A stretch of 52,278 nt of DNA, taken from contig CAZVAA010000001.1 in the NCBI GenBank assembly GCA_964624125.1, positions 1 to 52,278 of the forward strand, in the 5' to 3' direction. The stretch comes from an uncultured Sphaerobacteraceae bacterium (GTDB lineage: Bacteria; Chloroflexota; Chloroflexia; Thermomicrobiales; UBA6265). Positions 42,035 through 51,103 of this stretch are shown here, piece by piece. Both the position numbers and the translations under genes were made by a program. The notes under the pieces were generated by a model. That model made no database searches, was not told the DNA's origin, and worked only from the letters and a program-made list of their open reading frames with translations. The stretch's first letter is position 1. Each line of letters begins with the position of its first letter.

Positions 42035-44002
42035 ATGGGACGAACAATCGGTATTGACCTCGGAACGACGAACTCGGTGATGGCCACCATTGAAGGTGGC
42101 GAGCCCGTCGTTATCCCGAACGCGGAAGGCGAGCGCCTGACGCCGTCGGTGGTCGCGGTGACCTCCAGCGGTGAGCGCCTCGTTGGCCGCTTTGCTCGCC
42201 GGCAGGCGGTTACGAACCCCGAGAACACGGTCTTCTCCGTGAAGCGCTTCATGGGCGCGAAGTTCTCGGATCCTTCGGTGGAGCGCGACAAGGACCTGGT
42301 GCCCTACTCGGTGCAGGCCGCCTCGAACGGCGACGTGCAGGTGAAGATGGGCGACAAGTGGTACAGCCCGCCGGAAATCTCGGCGATGATCCTGCAGAAG
42401 CTGAAGGCCGATGCCGAGGCGTATCTTGGCGAGTCGGTCGACACGGCGGTCATCACCGTTCCGGCCTATTTCGACGATGCCCAGCGCCAGGCGACAAAGG
42501 ACGCCGGACGGATCGCGGGTCTCGAGGTTCAGCGCATCATCAACGAGCCGACAGCGTCCGCGCTGGCCTACGGTCTCGAAAAGAAGGGCGACGAGAAGGT
42601 TGCCGTCTTCGACCTCGGTGGCGGGACGTATGACATCTCGATCCTCGACCTGTCCGAAGGTGTCTTCCAGGTGCTGGCGACCAATGGCGATACCCACCTC
42701 GGCGGCGATGACTTCGACCAGGTGATCATCGACTGGTTGGCCGACGAGTTCAAGAAGCAGGAAGGCATCGACCTCCGCAAGGACCGGATGGCCCTGCAGC
42801 GCCTGAAGGAAGCGGCCGAGAAAGCCAAGATCGAGCTGTCCAGCACGCAGCAGACAGACGTCAACCTGCCGTTTATCACGGCGGATGCGAGTGGTCCGAA
42901 GCACCTGAACGTGACGCTGAGCCGCTCCAAGCTGGAATCGCTGGTGGCGCCGCTGATCAACCGTACCAAGGCGCCAATGGAAGCGGCGTTGAAGGACGCC
43001 GGGCTCTCCAAGAACGAGATCGACGAGGCGTTGCTGGTCGGTGGGCAGACGCGCATGCCGGCAGTGCAGCGAACGGTGCAGGAGTTCTTCGGGAAGGAGC
43101 CGCACAAGGGCATTAACCCGGACGAGGTGGTTGCGATCGGCGCTGCGATCCAGGGCGGTGTGCTCGGTGGCGATGTCAAGGACATCCTGCTGCTGGACGT
43201 CACCCCGCTGACGCTGGCGATCGAGACGCTCGGTGGTGTTGCGACACCATTGATCGAGCGGAACACGACGATCCCGGCGCGCAAGAGCCAGAGCTTCACG
43301 ACGGCGTCGGATAGCCAGCCGCAGGTGGAGATCAACGTCCTGCAGGGTGAGCGCCCGATGGCCGCGGACAACAAGAGCCTTGGCCGGTTCATCCTGGATG
43401 GTATTGCTCCGGCGCCGCGTGGTGTGCCGAAGATTGAGGTGACGTTCGATATCGACGCGAACGGTATCCTGAACGTCTCGGCGAAGGACACCGCGACCGG
43501 CAAGGAGCAGAAGATCACGATCACTGCATCCTCCGGACTCTCCGAGGAAGAGGTCCAGCGGATGGTCGACGAGGCCGAGCAGCACGCGAGCGAGGACGCG
43601 AAGCGGCGCGAGGCGATCGAGACCCGCAATAACGCCGAGAGCATGATGTTCCAGGCGGAGCAGCTGGTGAACGAGAACGGCGACAAGATCCCCGACGACG
43701 TGAAGTCGGACCTGGAGTCGAAGATCGCCGACCTGAAGGACATCCTCGAGAACGACCGGGAGAACATCGACCGGATCAAGCCGGCGGCCGATGCGTTGAC
43801 CGAGAGCCTGCAGAAGGCCGGCTCCGCGATGTACGAAGCGGCCGGCGCTGCGCAAGGCGGTCCGGACATGGCCGGTGGCGCCGAGGGTGGATTCCCCGGC
43901 GGCGAGGCGAGCGCGGATGGCAGCACCCAGGCTGACGATGAGTCGACGGTCGAGGGCGAGTTCCGCGAGGTCAATGACGACGACGAGAAGAAAAACGCGT
44001 AA
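42035..44002 (+). CDS. dnaK: Molecular chaperone DnaK (Hsp70)
   Basis: [39 protein letters not shown], a full-length 655-aa Hsp70. Confidence 0.97.
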   Translation: MGRTIGIDLGTTNSVMATIEGGEPVVIPNAEGERLTPSVVAVTSSGERLVGRFARRQAVTNPENTVFSVKRFMGAKFSDPSVERDKDLVPYSVQAASNGDVQVKMGDKWYSPPEISAMILQKLKADAEAYLGESVDTAVITVPAYFDDAQRQATKDAGRIAGLEVQRIINEPTASALAYGLEKKGDEKVAVFDLGGGTYDISILDLSEGVFQVLATNGDTHLGGDDFDQVIIDWLADEFKKQEGIDLRKDRMALQRLKEAAEKAKIELSSTQQTDVNLPFITADASGPKHLNVTLSRSKLESLVAPLINRTKAPMEAALKDAGLSKNEIDEALLVGGQTRMPAVQRTVQEFFGKEPHKGINPDEVVAIGAAIQGGVLGGDVKDILLLDVTPLTLAIETLGGVATPLIERNTTIPARKSQSFTTASDSQPQVEINVLQGERPMAADNKSLGRFILDGIAPAPRGVPKIEVTFDIDANGILNVSAKDTATGKEQKITITASSGLSEEEVQRMVDEAEQHASEDAKRREAIETRNNAESMMFQAEQLVNENGDKIPDDVKSDLESKIADLKDILENDRENIDRIKPAADALTESLQKAGSAMYEAAGAAQGGPDMAGGAEGGFPGGEASADGSTQADDESTVEGEFREVNDDDEKKNA

Positions 44003-44043
44003 TCCGGCAAGGGCGATCAACGGCGATCGTTCGGGCTGAAGAC

Positions 44044-44082
44044 AAAACGGGCGGGTGGAATGCTCCACCCGCCCGTTTTGTG
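44044..44082 (+). terminator. Intrinsic terminator after dnaK
   Basis: AAAACGGGCGGGTGGA atgc TCCACCCGCCCGTTTT followed by GTG. Perfect 16-bp stem with the U-tract inside and after the 3' arm. Confidence 0.75.
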
Positions 44083-44181
44083 TGCGTAATGCGGACAAGA
44101 GGTGTCCGGTGCGTGTGTTAACGTGTCGGCACAACGGGTTGGCTGGACATCGTGCGATGAGCTGGGAAGGGACGGGACAGG

Positions 44182-44865
44182 ATGGCCGACGACGTGAAGG
44201 TGATTCTCGAGGTCGGACCCAAGGGCAAGAAGTTCGTGGCGACTGCATGGGACTGGCCGGGGCTGGAGCGCAACGGCAAGACCGAGGAAGAAGCCCTCGC
44301 GAAACTGGAAACCTATCTTCCCCGATATGCGGCGGTCGCACGGCGTGCGCGGCGGAAAGGGGAGTTCGAGAAGCAAACGTCCCTGAATGTCGTGGAGCGG
44401 TATGATGGCAATACCTCCACCGACTATTGGGGAATCTCGTGGGTTTCATGCGACCTGGATCGCCGGCTTGTCCCGGTCGATGAGTGGGAGCGTCGACTCG
44501 TTCTGCTTCGCGCATGCTGGGCGGAATTCGATGAGATAGCTGCGCACGTGTCGCCCGAGTTGCAAAAGGGGCCGCGCGGCGGGGGCCGCGATCGGGACGA
44601 AATCATCAACCACGTTTTCGGGAATGAACGGATCCAGTTCGCGAAGAAGGTCGGCGTCGTGACTCCGCCGGGCGTCATGTTGACGCCGGATGGCCTCAAG
44701 AAGCATCGGGATGCGTTTATCGATGGACTCCGCGAATACCACGCGGAGGGGAAGAAGGTCGGCCGGACGTGGACGTTGAGCTATCTCCTTCGCCATACCG
44801 CATATCACGTCATGGACCATGCCTGGGAAATGGAAGACAAGGATCTGACGGAGGTATCTGCATGA
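44182..44865 (+). CDS. Two-domain protein: HicB-like N-terminal fold plus DinB-superfamily four-helix domain (paralog A)
   Basis: N-terminus VILEVGPKGKKFVATAWDWPGLERNGKTEEEALAKLETYL. C-terminus GPRGGGRDRDEIINHV ... YLLRHTAYHVMDHAWEMEDKDL, a His-rich DinB-type metal triad pattern. Confidence 0.65.
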   Translation: MADDVKVILEVGPKGKKFVATAWDWPGLERNGKTEEEALAKLETYLPRYAAVARRARRKGEFEKQTSLNVVERYDGNTSTDYWGISWVSCDLDRRLVPVDEWERRLVLLRACWAEFDEIAAHVSPELQKGPRGGGRDRDEIINHVFGNERIQFAKKVGVVTPPGVMLTPDGLKKHRDAFIDGLREYHAEGKKVGRTWTLSYLLRHTAYHVMDHAWEMEDKDLTEVSA

Positions 44866-45530
44866 CGACGCATTATCGAGTGGTCATTGAGACGGGCAGC
44901 AAGAAGGTCTTTGCGTCAGCGCTCGACTGGCCGGGATGGAGCCGCTCCGGCAAAACGGAAGAGGATGCGCTGAACGCGCTGGTTGAATACACGGGCCGGT
45001 ACCAGGCGATTGCCGAGCTGGCGGAGATCCGCGGTGTCAAGGCTGCGGCGGAGGGTTTTGAGGTCGTCGAGCATCAGGAGGGCAGCGGGGCCACGGATTT
45101 CGGCGTACCGGAGAAGGTGGCACGAGCCGAGCACGAGCCGATGTCGGACGCCGAGTGCGAAAGGCAGATCACGTTATTGCGGGCGTGCTGGGCGTATTTC
45201 GATGACGTCGTGCCGCGCGTGTCGGAAGAGCTGCAGAAGGGGCCGCGCGGCGGAGGCCGCGATCGTTCGAAGATCGTTGCACACACGATGGATTCCGAGC
45301 GCAACTATGCACGGAAGATCGGCGTCAGGACACCGCCGGGTAGAATGGATTCTCCCGAGGGATTGCAAGAGCATCGGGACGCAGTGTGCGACGCGATCCG
45401 CGCACGAAACGCATCGGGTGAAGGCGACACCAAAAGCTGGCCCGTTCGCTATTTTATCCGGCGAGCGGCGTGGCATGTGCTCGATCATGCCTGGGAGATG
45501 GAAGACAAGGACCTGACAGGCAAGACCTGA
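44862..45530 (+). CDS. HicB-like plus DinB-superfamily protein (paralog B)
   Basis: Track ORF 44769-45530, trimmed to MTTHYRVVIETGSKKVFASALDWPGWSRSGKTEEDALNALVEY. Also GPRGGGRDRSKIVAHT ... YFIRRAAWHVLDHAWEMEDKDL. The ATG overlaps the stop of paralog A (ATGA). Confidence 0.65.
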   Translation: MTTHYRVVIETGSKKVFASALDWPGWSRSGKTEEDALNALVEYTGRYQAIAELAEIRGVKAAAEGFEVVEHQEGSGATDFGVPEKVARAEHEPMSDAECERQITLLRACWAYFDDVVPRVSEELQKGPRGGGRDRSKIVAHTMDSERNYARKIGVRTPPGRMDSPEGLQEHRDAVCDAIRARNASGEGDTKSWPVRYFIRRAAWHVLDHAWEMEDKDLTGKT

Positions 45531-45580
45531 GTAGTGGCATCCTGATCAGTCGCCAATCGTATCTCCGGGAACGAGCGGGA

Positions 45581-46192
45581 TCACGAAAGGCTCCGGGCGA
45601 CTGCGTCGAGATGCATGATCATCCCTTCCGGAACGTTGCCGGGACCGGACATCGTCGCGATGACGAGGACGTTGCCGAGGCGAGTCATGCCGAGCTGCAT
45701 GTCGTCTGCCTGGACGACCCACATTTTGATGCCCGCGACGGATGTAGACATTCCACTGTCAATATGTTCCATCCGTCGCATCAACTCGTGGTAGGCGATC
45801 CCTGCTGATTCAAACACGATGAATGCCCCGAGCGAATCGAGGTCGGGTGAGTTGATCGGCTCATCATTGGCGACGATGAGGACGCCTCCGAGGGCATGAT
45901 CGAGGTCGGTATCCGAGGGGTCATTCCATGGCCGGGGCTCTGCCTCTGGAGCGGCTTCCTTCAAGAGGGGGTCGGTGATCCTGGCGGTTTCGAGCGCTTC
46001 AAGCAGAGTCAGGGGTGGAATGCGGTCGAGTTGGTCGACGAGTTGTCGTGCACGGGTATCGACGACATCGTCATCTGCGGGGCTGACCTCCGGGGAGGCG
46101 GCAGGTGAGGCAACGTCGAGCGCCGATGTGTGGCGCATGATCGGAGTCAATCCGACGGTCGTGGATGCCTGGATCAGGTGTCGCCTGTTCAT
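45581..46192 (-). CDS. Hypothetical protein with a Tat-like N-terminus
   Basis: Track ORF 45581-46351, trimmed to MNRRHLIQASTTVGLTPIM.... I recognise no family. It is divergent from padR. Confidence 0.45.
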   Translation of the reverse strand: MNRRHLIQASTTVGLTPIMRHTSALDVASPAASPEVSPADDDVVDTRARQLVDQLDRIPPLTLLEALETARITDPLLKEAAPEAEPRPWNDPSDTDLDHALGGVLIVANDEPINSPDLDSLGAFIVFESAGIAYHELMRRMEHIDSGMSTSVAGIKMWVVQADDMQLGMTRLGNVLVIATMSGPGNVPEGMIMHLDAVARSLS

Positions 46193-46329
46193 GAGGATGG
46201 ACCCTTTCACGGAGTTTGTTGGATGACGCTCTTCACCTCCCTGTTGCGCTGCCACAGGTAAAAGGTTCACGCGCCGGGAAAGCGCCACGGGGACCGACCA
46301 CGGCGACACCATAAGCGAAGACTGTTTTA

Positions 46330-46359
46330 TTGACATTAGTGTGTGACACACAGTATCGT
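46330..46359 (+). promoter_or_regulatory. padR promoter with an embedded palindromic operator candidate
   Basis: TTGACA (46330-46335), an 18-nt spacer, then TATCGT (46354-46359). The spacer contains TAGTGTGTG-A-CACACAGTA (46337-46355), a 19-bp palindrome with one mismatched pair. The ATG at 46366 lies only 7 nt after the -10. Confidence 0.4.
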
Positions 46360-46365
46360 GTTTGC

Positions 46366-46713
46366 ATGAGCATGAACGAGGAGCTTGTCCAGTCTCAGTT
46401 CCTGGAAATCAGGCGGGGGTCGATAGTGATCGCCGTTCTTTCGAGGATGCAATCGCCGCAGTATGGCTATGCGTTGCTTGAGGAACTGAACAGTGCGGGG
46501 ATTGAGGTCGAGGCGAATACGCTCTATCCGTTACTGCGCCGGCTGGAGAAGCAGGGATGGCTTGTTGCAGAGTGGTCGACGGAGGAATCCCGGCCCCGAA
46601 AGTATTACCGGACGAGCGATGACGGGAAGCGCGCGCTTGTGGCGCTCATCGACGAATGGCGAAAGGTGTCGGAACACTTGCTGGCGCTCGTCGATAGTGG
46701 ACATGAATCATGA
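46366..46713 (+). CDS. PadR-family transcriptional regulator
   Basis: IVIAVLSRMQSPQYGYALLEELNSAGIEVEANTLYPLLRRLEKQGWLVAEWSTEESRPRKYYRTSDDGKRAL is the canonical PadR winged helix. Confidence 0.85.
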   Translation: MSMNEELVQSQFLEIRRGSIVIAVLSRMQSPQYGYALLEELNSAGIEVEANTLYPLLRRLEKQGWLVAEWSTEESRPRKYYRTSDDGKRALVALIDEWRKVSEHLLALVDSGHES

Positions 46714-47711
46714 TGACGTTGAAGGATCGGTACATTGCCGCCGCGCTGGAGCATGTTCCGGACAGCCAGCGCGATGAGGTCGACGAGGAAATACGGACAG
46801 CAGTCGACGAGATGGTTGATCAACGGATCGAAGCCGGTGAGCAGGCGGACCAGGCGACGACGCAGGTGCTCAATGAGCTGGGCGACCCGGCGAAGCTGGC
46901 GGCGTCGTACCAGGATCGACCACGGTATTTCATTGGGCCGGGATGGTTCCCGACCTATACATCATGGCTGAAGAACATCCTGACATTCGGGCTGCCTGTC
47001 ATCGTGCTGGTGACGCTCCTGACAAGCATCGGCGTGGATGGCGAGAGCGTGTCCGAGGCAATTCAGGACGCGCTTGAATCCGTGATCCTGGCGGCGGTCC
47101 AAATTGTCTTTTGGGTGACCGTCGGGTTCTTCATCGCGGAGCGGGTTCTTGGACCGGATTTGCCGTCACAGGGGAGCGCACAATGGACGGCCCGGGATTT
47201 GCCGGAAGCTCCTGTGAAGCGGCAAATCACCCTCGGCGGTATTCTGCCGGAGGTGATCGCTATGATCGTCATTGGGGCGCTGGCGTTGTTGCAATATGTG
47301 CGTGGCGTTGGCATGTTCAATTGGGCTCGGTCGGATTCATTCGATGGAATCGCATTGGTCAATCCGGATCTGGTGTGGGTGTGGCCCGTCGGGTTTTTCG
47401 CTCTTGTCGGGCTGTCAATCGCAACGACGATCTCACGGTACATGACCGGGTTCTGGACGCGCCGAATGATGATATTCGAGTGGATAGATTCCGCATTATG
47501 GAGCGGCTTTATCGTTGCCCTGGCGGTAAGTGCGCCGATCATCAACCCGGCATTCGCAGCCCGGGTGGACGAGGGAGCGACCTGGTGGGAGACCGGCGGC
47601 CAGGCGAATGCCATCATCGCGATTGCGGTCATTGCCGTGTCGGTGGACGCCTCATGGGAGGCATGGAAAGGGCATCGCGAATATACGAGGTTGGAGATGG
47701 CGCAAGTCTGA
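46710..47711 (+). CDS. PadR-associated membrane protein (DUF1700/HAAS-like N-terminal helical domain plus polytopic C-terminus)
   Basis: ATGA overlap with padR. N-terminus MMTLKDRYIAAALEHVPDSQRDEVDEEIRTAVDEMVDQRIEAG...LGDPAKLAASY, then about 6 TM helices. Confidence 0.65.
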   Translation: MMTLKDRYIAAALEHVPDSQRDEVDEEIRTAVDEMVDQRIEAGEQADQATTQVLNELGDPAKLAASYQDRPRYFIGPGWFPTYTSWLKNILTFGLPVIVLVTLLTSIGVDGESVSEAIQDALESVILAAVQIVFWVTVGFFIAERVLGPDLPSQGSAQWTARDLPEAPVKRQITLGGILPEVIAMIVIGALALLQYVRGVGMFNWARSDSFDGIALVNPDLVWVWPVGFFALVGLSIATTISRYMTGFWTRRMMIFEWIDSALWSGFIVALAVSAPIINPAFAARVDEGATWWETGGQANAIIAIAVIAVSVDASWEAWKGHREYTRLEMAQV

Positions 47712-47816
47712 GCGCGGCCTTGCGCATAGCCACGCAATCCTCGTGAGGGAGGGGCAGGGCACTGGCCCGGTACAATGCCTTGCAGAGAGATCTCATTGAG
47801 AGGCAGGGGACAGCGC

Positions 47817-49379
47817 ATGAGTGACCAGGCGGAATCAACGGAGACGAAAGCGCAACATCTGGCTGATTTCCGGGCGGAGATGGCGGACCAGCACGAAAAG
47901 GCACGCGAAAGCCAGGCGAAGCGTGGCAAGCGGAGCGCGCTGGATCGGGTGCATGCGCTCCTTGATGACGGATCCTTCATTGAACTGGATGCGTTTGTCC
48001 GGCATCGTGCCACGCAATTCGGGATGGACAGGAAGAAGCCGTTCGGCGATGGCGTCGTCACTGGTTTCGGTACCATCGACGGCAGGACAGTCGCGGTCTT
48101 CTCGCAGGATTTTACCGTTTTCGGCGGATCGCTTGGCGAAGCGTATGCCGAGAAGATGGTGAAGATGATGGACATGGCCGAGGAGTACGGCTGTCCGATC
48201 ATCGGGATCAACGATGCCGCGGGGGCACGTATCCAGGAGGGTGTCGAGGGGCTCGCCGGGTATGGGGACGTCTTCTTCCGGAATGTCCGGGCGTCCGGTG
48301 TTGTGCCGCAAATCTCGATCATCGCGGGTCCGTGTGCCGGCGGGGCCGTCTATTCGCCAGCCATGACCGACTTCATTTTCATGGTTGAAGGCATCGGCCA
48401 GATGTTCATTACCGGGCCGGATGTGATCAAGACGGTCACCGGTGAAGAGGTAACGCTCGAAGACCTTGGCGGCGCGGAATCGCACAATACGAAGAGCGGT
48501 GTCGCGCACTTCCGGGCAATGGACGAGGACGACCTGAACGAGCAGGTGCGCTACCTGCTGTCGTTCCTGCCGTCGAATAACCTGGACGATCCGCCCCGGT
48601 TTGATGTCGATGACGAGCCGGATCGGGAGTGTCCCGCACTGGACGAGATCGTTCCGGAGCAGAGTTCGCGACCCTATGACATGCGTGAGGTGTTGCAGGA
48701 TGTGCTCGATGAAGGTGACTTTTTCGAAGTGCAGGCCGAGCATGCGCGCAACCTGATCGTGGGGTTCGGACGGCTCGACGGGCAGAGTGTCGGCATCGTC
48801 GCGAACCAGCCAGCGGTGTTGGCCGGGACGCTGGATATCGATGCGAGCGTGAAGGGCGCGCGTTTCGTGCGAACGTGTGATGCGTTCAATATCCCGCTGA
48901 TTACCTTCGTCGACGTTCCGGGATTCCTGCCAGGCACGGATCAGGAGTACAACGGGATCATTCGTCACGGATCCAAGCTGCTGTACGCGTTCTGCGAGGC
49001 GACGGTGCCAAAACTGACGGTCATCACACGGAAGGCGTATGGGGGAGCGTACGTCGTGATGTGCTCGAAGCATGCCGGGGCCGACTTCAACATCGCGTGG
49101 CCGACGGCGGAGATCGCGGTGATGGGGCCAGCGGCCGCGGTCGGGCTCGTCTTCCGCAAGGAGTTGAAGGAAGCCGACGATCCTGATGCCCGGAGGGACG
49201 CATTGATCCGCGACTATGAGGATCTCTTTGCGAGTCCTTACCAGGCGGCATCGCGCGGGTACATTGACGACGTCATCGAGCCGCGGCAGACCCGCTCGTG
49301 GTTGATTCGTGGGTTATTGCTCGCGAAATCGAAGCGCGTGCGTGGACCACGCCGGAAACATGGAAATATCCCGCTATGA
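47817..49379 (+). CDS. Acyl-CoA (propionyl/methylmalonyl-type) carboxylase carboxyltransferase beta subunit
   Basis: Track ORF trimmed to [11 protein letters not shown].... Motifs [41 protein letters not shown] and [11 protein letters not shown] are typical of PccB/AccD5. Confidence 0.92.
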   Translation: MSDQAESTETKAQHLADFRAEMADQHEKARESQAKRGKRSALDRVHALLDDGSFIELDAFVRHRATQFGMDRKKPFGDGVVTGFGTIDGRTVAVFSQDFTVFGGSLGEAYAEKMVKMMDMAEEYGCPIIGINDAAGARIQEGVEGLAGYGDVFFRNVRASGVVPQISIIAGPCAGGAVYSPAMTDFIFMVEGIGQMFITGPDVIKTVTGEEVTLEDLGGAESHNTKSGVAHFRAMDEDDLNEQVRYLLSFLPSNNLDDPPRFDVDDEPDRECPALDEIVPEQSSRPYDMREVLQDVLDEGDFFEVQAEHARNLIVGFGRLDGQSVGIVANQPAVLAGTLDIDASVKGARFVRTCDAFNIPLITFVDVPGFLPGTDQEYNGIIRHGSKLLYAFCEATVPKLTVITRKAYGGAYVVMCSKHAGADFNIAWPTAEIAVMGPAAAVGLVFRKELKEADDPDARRDALIRDYEDLFASPYQAASRGYIDDVIEPRQTRSWLIRGLLLAKSKRVRGPRRKHGNIPL

Positions 49380-49585
49380 ACGAGCAAGAGGAACGGTTGC
49401 GTCTTCAGGTCGATCCCCAACCGACCGACGAGGAGCTTGCGGCCATCGCAGCGGCAGTAACGGCGTTGGTCTCCCGAAATGGCGACGGCCGCGACGAGCC
49501 GCCGGATATGGGCGGTGGCCGGTGGAGGTGGAAGCGGGCCGGGCGGCGGGAGTTGCTGCAGGGGTTCGAGCGGGATCGGGAGTGA
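49376..49585 (+). CDS. Acyl-CoA carboxylase epsilon-subunit-like small protein
   Basis: ATGA overlap with the beta-subunit stop. [31 protein letters not shown]...RWRWKR resembles AccE/PccE (PTDEELAA motif and a basic Trp-rich C-terminus). Confidence 0.55.
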   Translation: MNEQEERLRLQVDPQPTDEELAAIAAAVTALVSRNGDGRDEPPDMGGGRWRWKRAGRRELLQGFERDRE

Positions 49586-49681
49586 CGCTCTGCAGACCGT
49601 TCCACGCCTTCCGGGCGTCTCACGGGCGTGGGATGACAGGAGCGTTTTGTTGTCGTGCGCAATATTTGTCGGGAGGAGCAC

Positions 49682-50515
49682 ATGCTGACAGGAACGTCGT
49701 TTATCAAGTCGGTGAATGCGCTGCAGGTGCCGGAGGGGGCGGTGGGCGTGTGGTGGATCGGGCAGGGTAGCCTCGTCCTCAAGATGGGCGGCAAGGTGAT
49801 TTGGCTGGATCCCTATCTCGATCCAGAGGAGGATCGACCTGCCGGAAAGCGGCGGATGATGCCGCCACCGTGCGCCCCGGAGGAGGCGACCAATGCGGAT
49901 GTCATCTTGTTGACGCATGATCATCGGGATCATATCGATCCGGCGTCGTTGCCCCAGGTTGCGGCGGCTTCTCCCAATGCGAATCTTTTCGCCCCGGCTC
50001 CGTTGCGGTATCGCGTCGGGGAGCTTGTGGGGAATGTTGAGCGGGTGAAGCCGGCGACGGCAGGTGTGTCGATTGATCTTGGCGATCTCTCGGTGATGCC
50101 GGTCCCGGCCGCGCACGAGGATCTGGATGAGCACCCGGAATACGGGCACAAATACCTCGGTTATGTGATCCGGGCTCGCGGTGTCACGGTGTACTGCGCA
50201 GGGGATACCGTTCCATTCGAAGGGCTTGTCGAAACGCTAGCGTCACAGGAAATCGATCTCGCATTCCTGCCGATAAACGGTCGGGATTTCTTCCGGACGC
50301 GATCCGGGACGATCGGGAACATGGACTACCGTGAGGCCGCGGAGACAGCAGAGATGATTGGGGCGGATACGTTCGTACCGGTGCACTGGGGCATGTTCCC
50401 GGGGAATACGGTCCCGCCAGGGTATGCGGTGACGTATGTGGCGGACAGGCGGCTGGACGTGCATGTCCACGTTCCGGCAGTGAACCGGGCGTGGGTGTAC
50501 ATGCCGGGGCAGTAA
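49682..50515 (+). CDS. MBL-fold metallo-hydrolase
   Basis: GGGAGGAG upstream of ATG 49682. ADVILLTHDHRDHID (HxHxDH motif) plus downstream His/Asp ligands. Confidence 0.8.
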   Translation: MLTGTSFIKSVNALQVPEGAVGVWWIGQGSLVLKMGGKVIWLDPYLDPEEDRPAGKRRMMPPPCAPEEATNADVILLTHDHRDHIDPASLPQVAAASPNANLFAPAPLRYRVGELVGNVERVKPATAGVSIDLGDLSVMPVPAAHEDLDEHPEYGHKYLGYVIRARGVTVYCAGDTVPFEGLVETLASQEIDLAFLPINGRDFFRTRSGTIGNMDYREAAETAEMIGADTFVPVHWGMFPGNTVPPGYAVTYVADRRLDVHVHVPAVNRAWVYMPGQ

Positions 50516-50555
50516 CACGCGGGGCGACGACACGCGTCGCGACTGCGAGGGGCAT

Positions 50556-51101
50556 TTACCCGGCGGGGAAGAACCCCTCCTTCAGCAGCCGTGTCAACTC
50601 GTCTCGGGCCCCGAAGATCTGGAGGGCGAGGTTTGGATTCCGATCGGGGAGGCCGGATTCAGCGAGCTCGTCTTCGTCAAGATTGGTGATGGTTCCGTCG
50701 GGCTGCATGATGGCATCGAGGATCAGGTCCGGCCAGGCGATGAGCAATGTTCCGCCGTGGTCTTCGCATTTGGCCGGACGGGTGACATTGCAGTACCAGC
50801 CCCGGAGCTCGCCACCGGGAGAGACGATGGCAAAGGCGTTGTACGGATGGCGTGGTGAGAAGAACTCACGCATGGTGTCGCCGACACGGAAGGGCACCCC
50901 ACCGACATTGATGTCCTTCATCGTCCAGGTCGCGTGGATCTCCACCCATGGTTCCGGCACCGGCGATTCGGCGACGACGGCCGGATAGGTCGGACCGTTG
51001 TCGCCGAATTCGTCGCGTTTCTCGACGAGGACCGCCGTCCCTGGGATCAGCTTCGGCCAGAGACGACGGGTTGACTCATCGGGTGTCCAGAGATCGACCA
51101 T
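50556..51101 (-). CDS. DUF402-domain protein (nucleoside di/triphosphatase-like)
   Basis: GELRGWYCNVTRPA...WPDLILDAIMQPDG is typical of DUF402. The start lies 2 nt after the phosphohexomutase stop. Confidence 0.75.
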   Translation of the reverse strand: MVDLWTPDESTRRLWPKLIPGTAVLVEKRDEFGDNGPTYPAVVAESPVPEPWVEIHATWTMKDINVGGVPFRVGDTMREFFSPRHPYNAFAIVSPGGELRGWYCNVTRPAKCEDHGGTLLIAWPDLILDAIMQPDGTITNLDEDELAESGLPDRNPNLALQIFGARDELTRLLKEGFFPAG

Positions 51102-51103
51102 GG

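Noticed and set aside
42017-44515. 832-aa ORF antisense to dnaK. Similar long antisense ORFs lie opposite real genes: 34134-36203 (cupredoxin), 19228-20793, 21016-22227 and 23033-24121 (DUF2207 genes), 7528-8643 (acs), 10111-11334 (lysS) and 47835-49073 (carboxyltransferase).
   Set aside because: All lie opposite genes with unmistakable family signatures. They are Arg/Pro/Gly/His/Asp-rich with no recognisable motifs. This is exactly the stop-codon-poor shadow frame expected in about 65% GC DNA.
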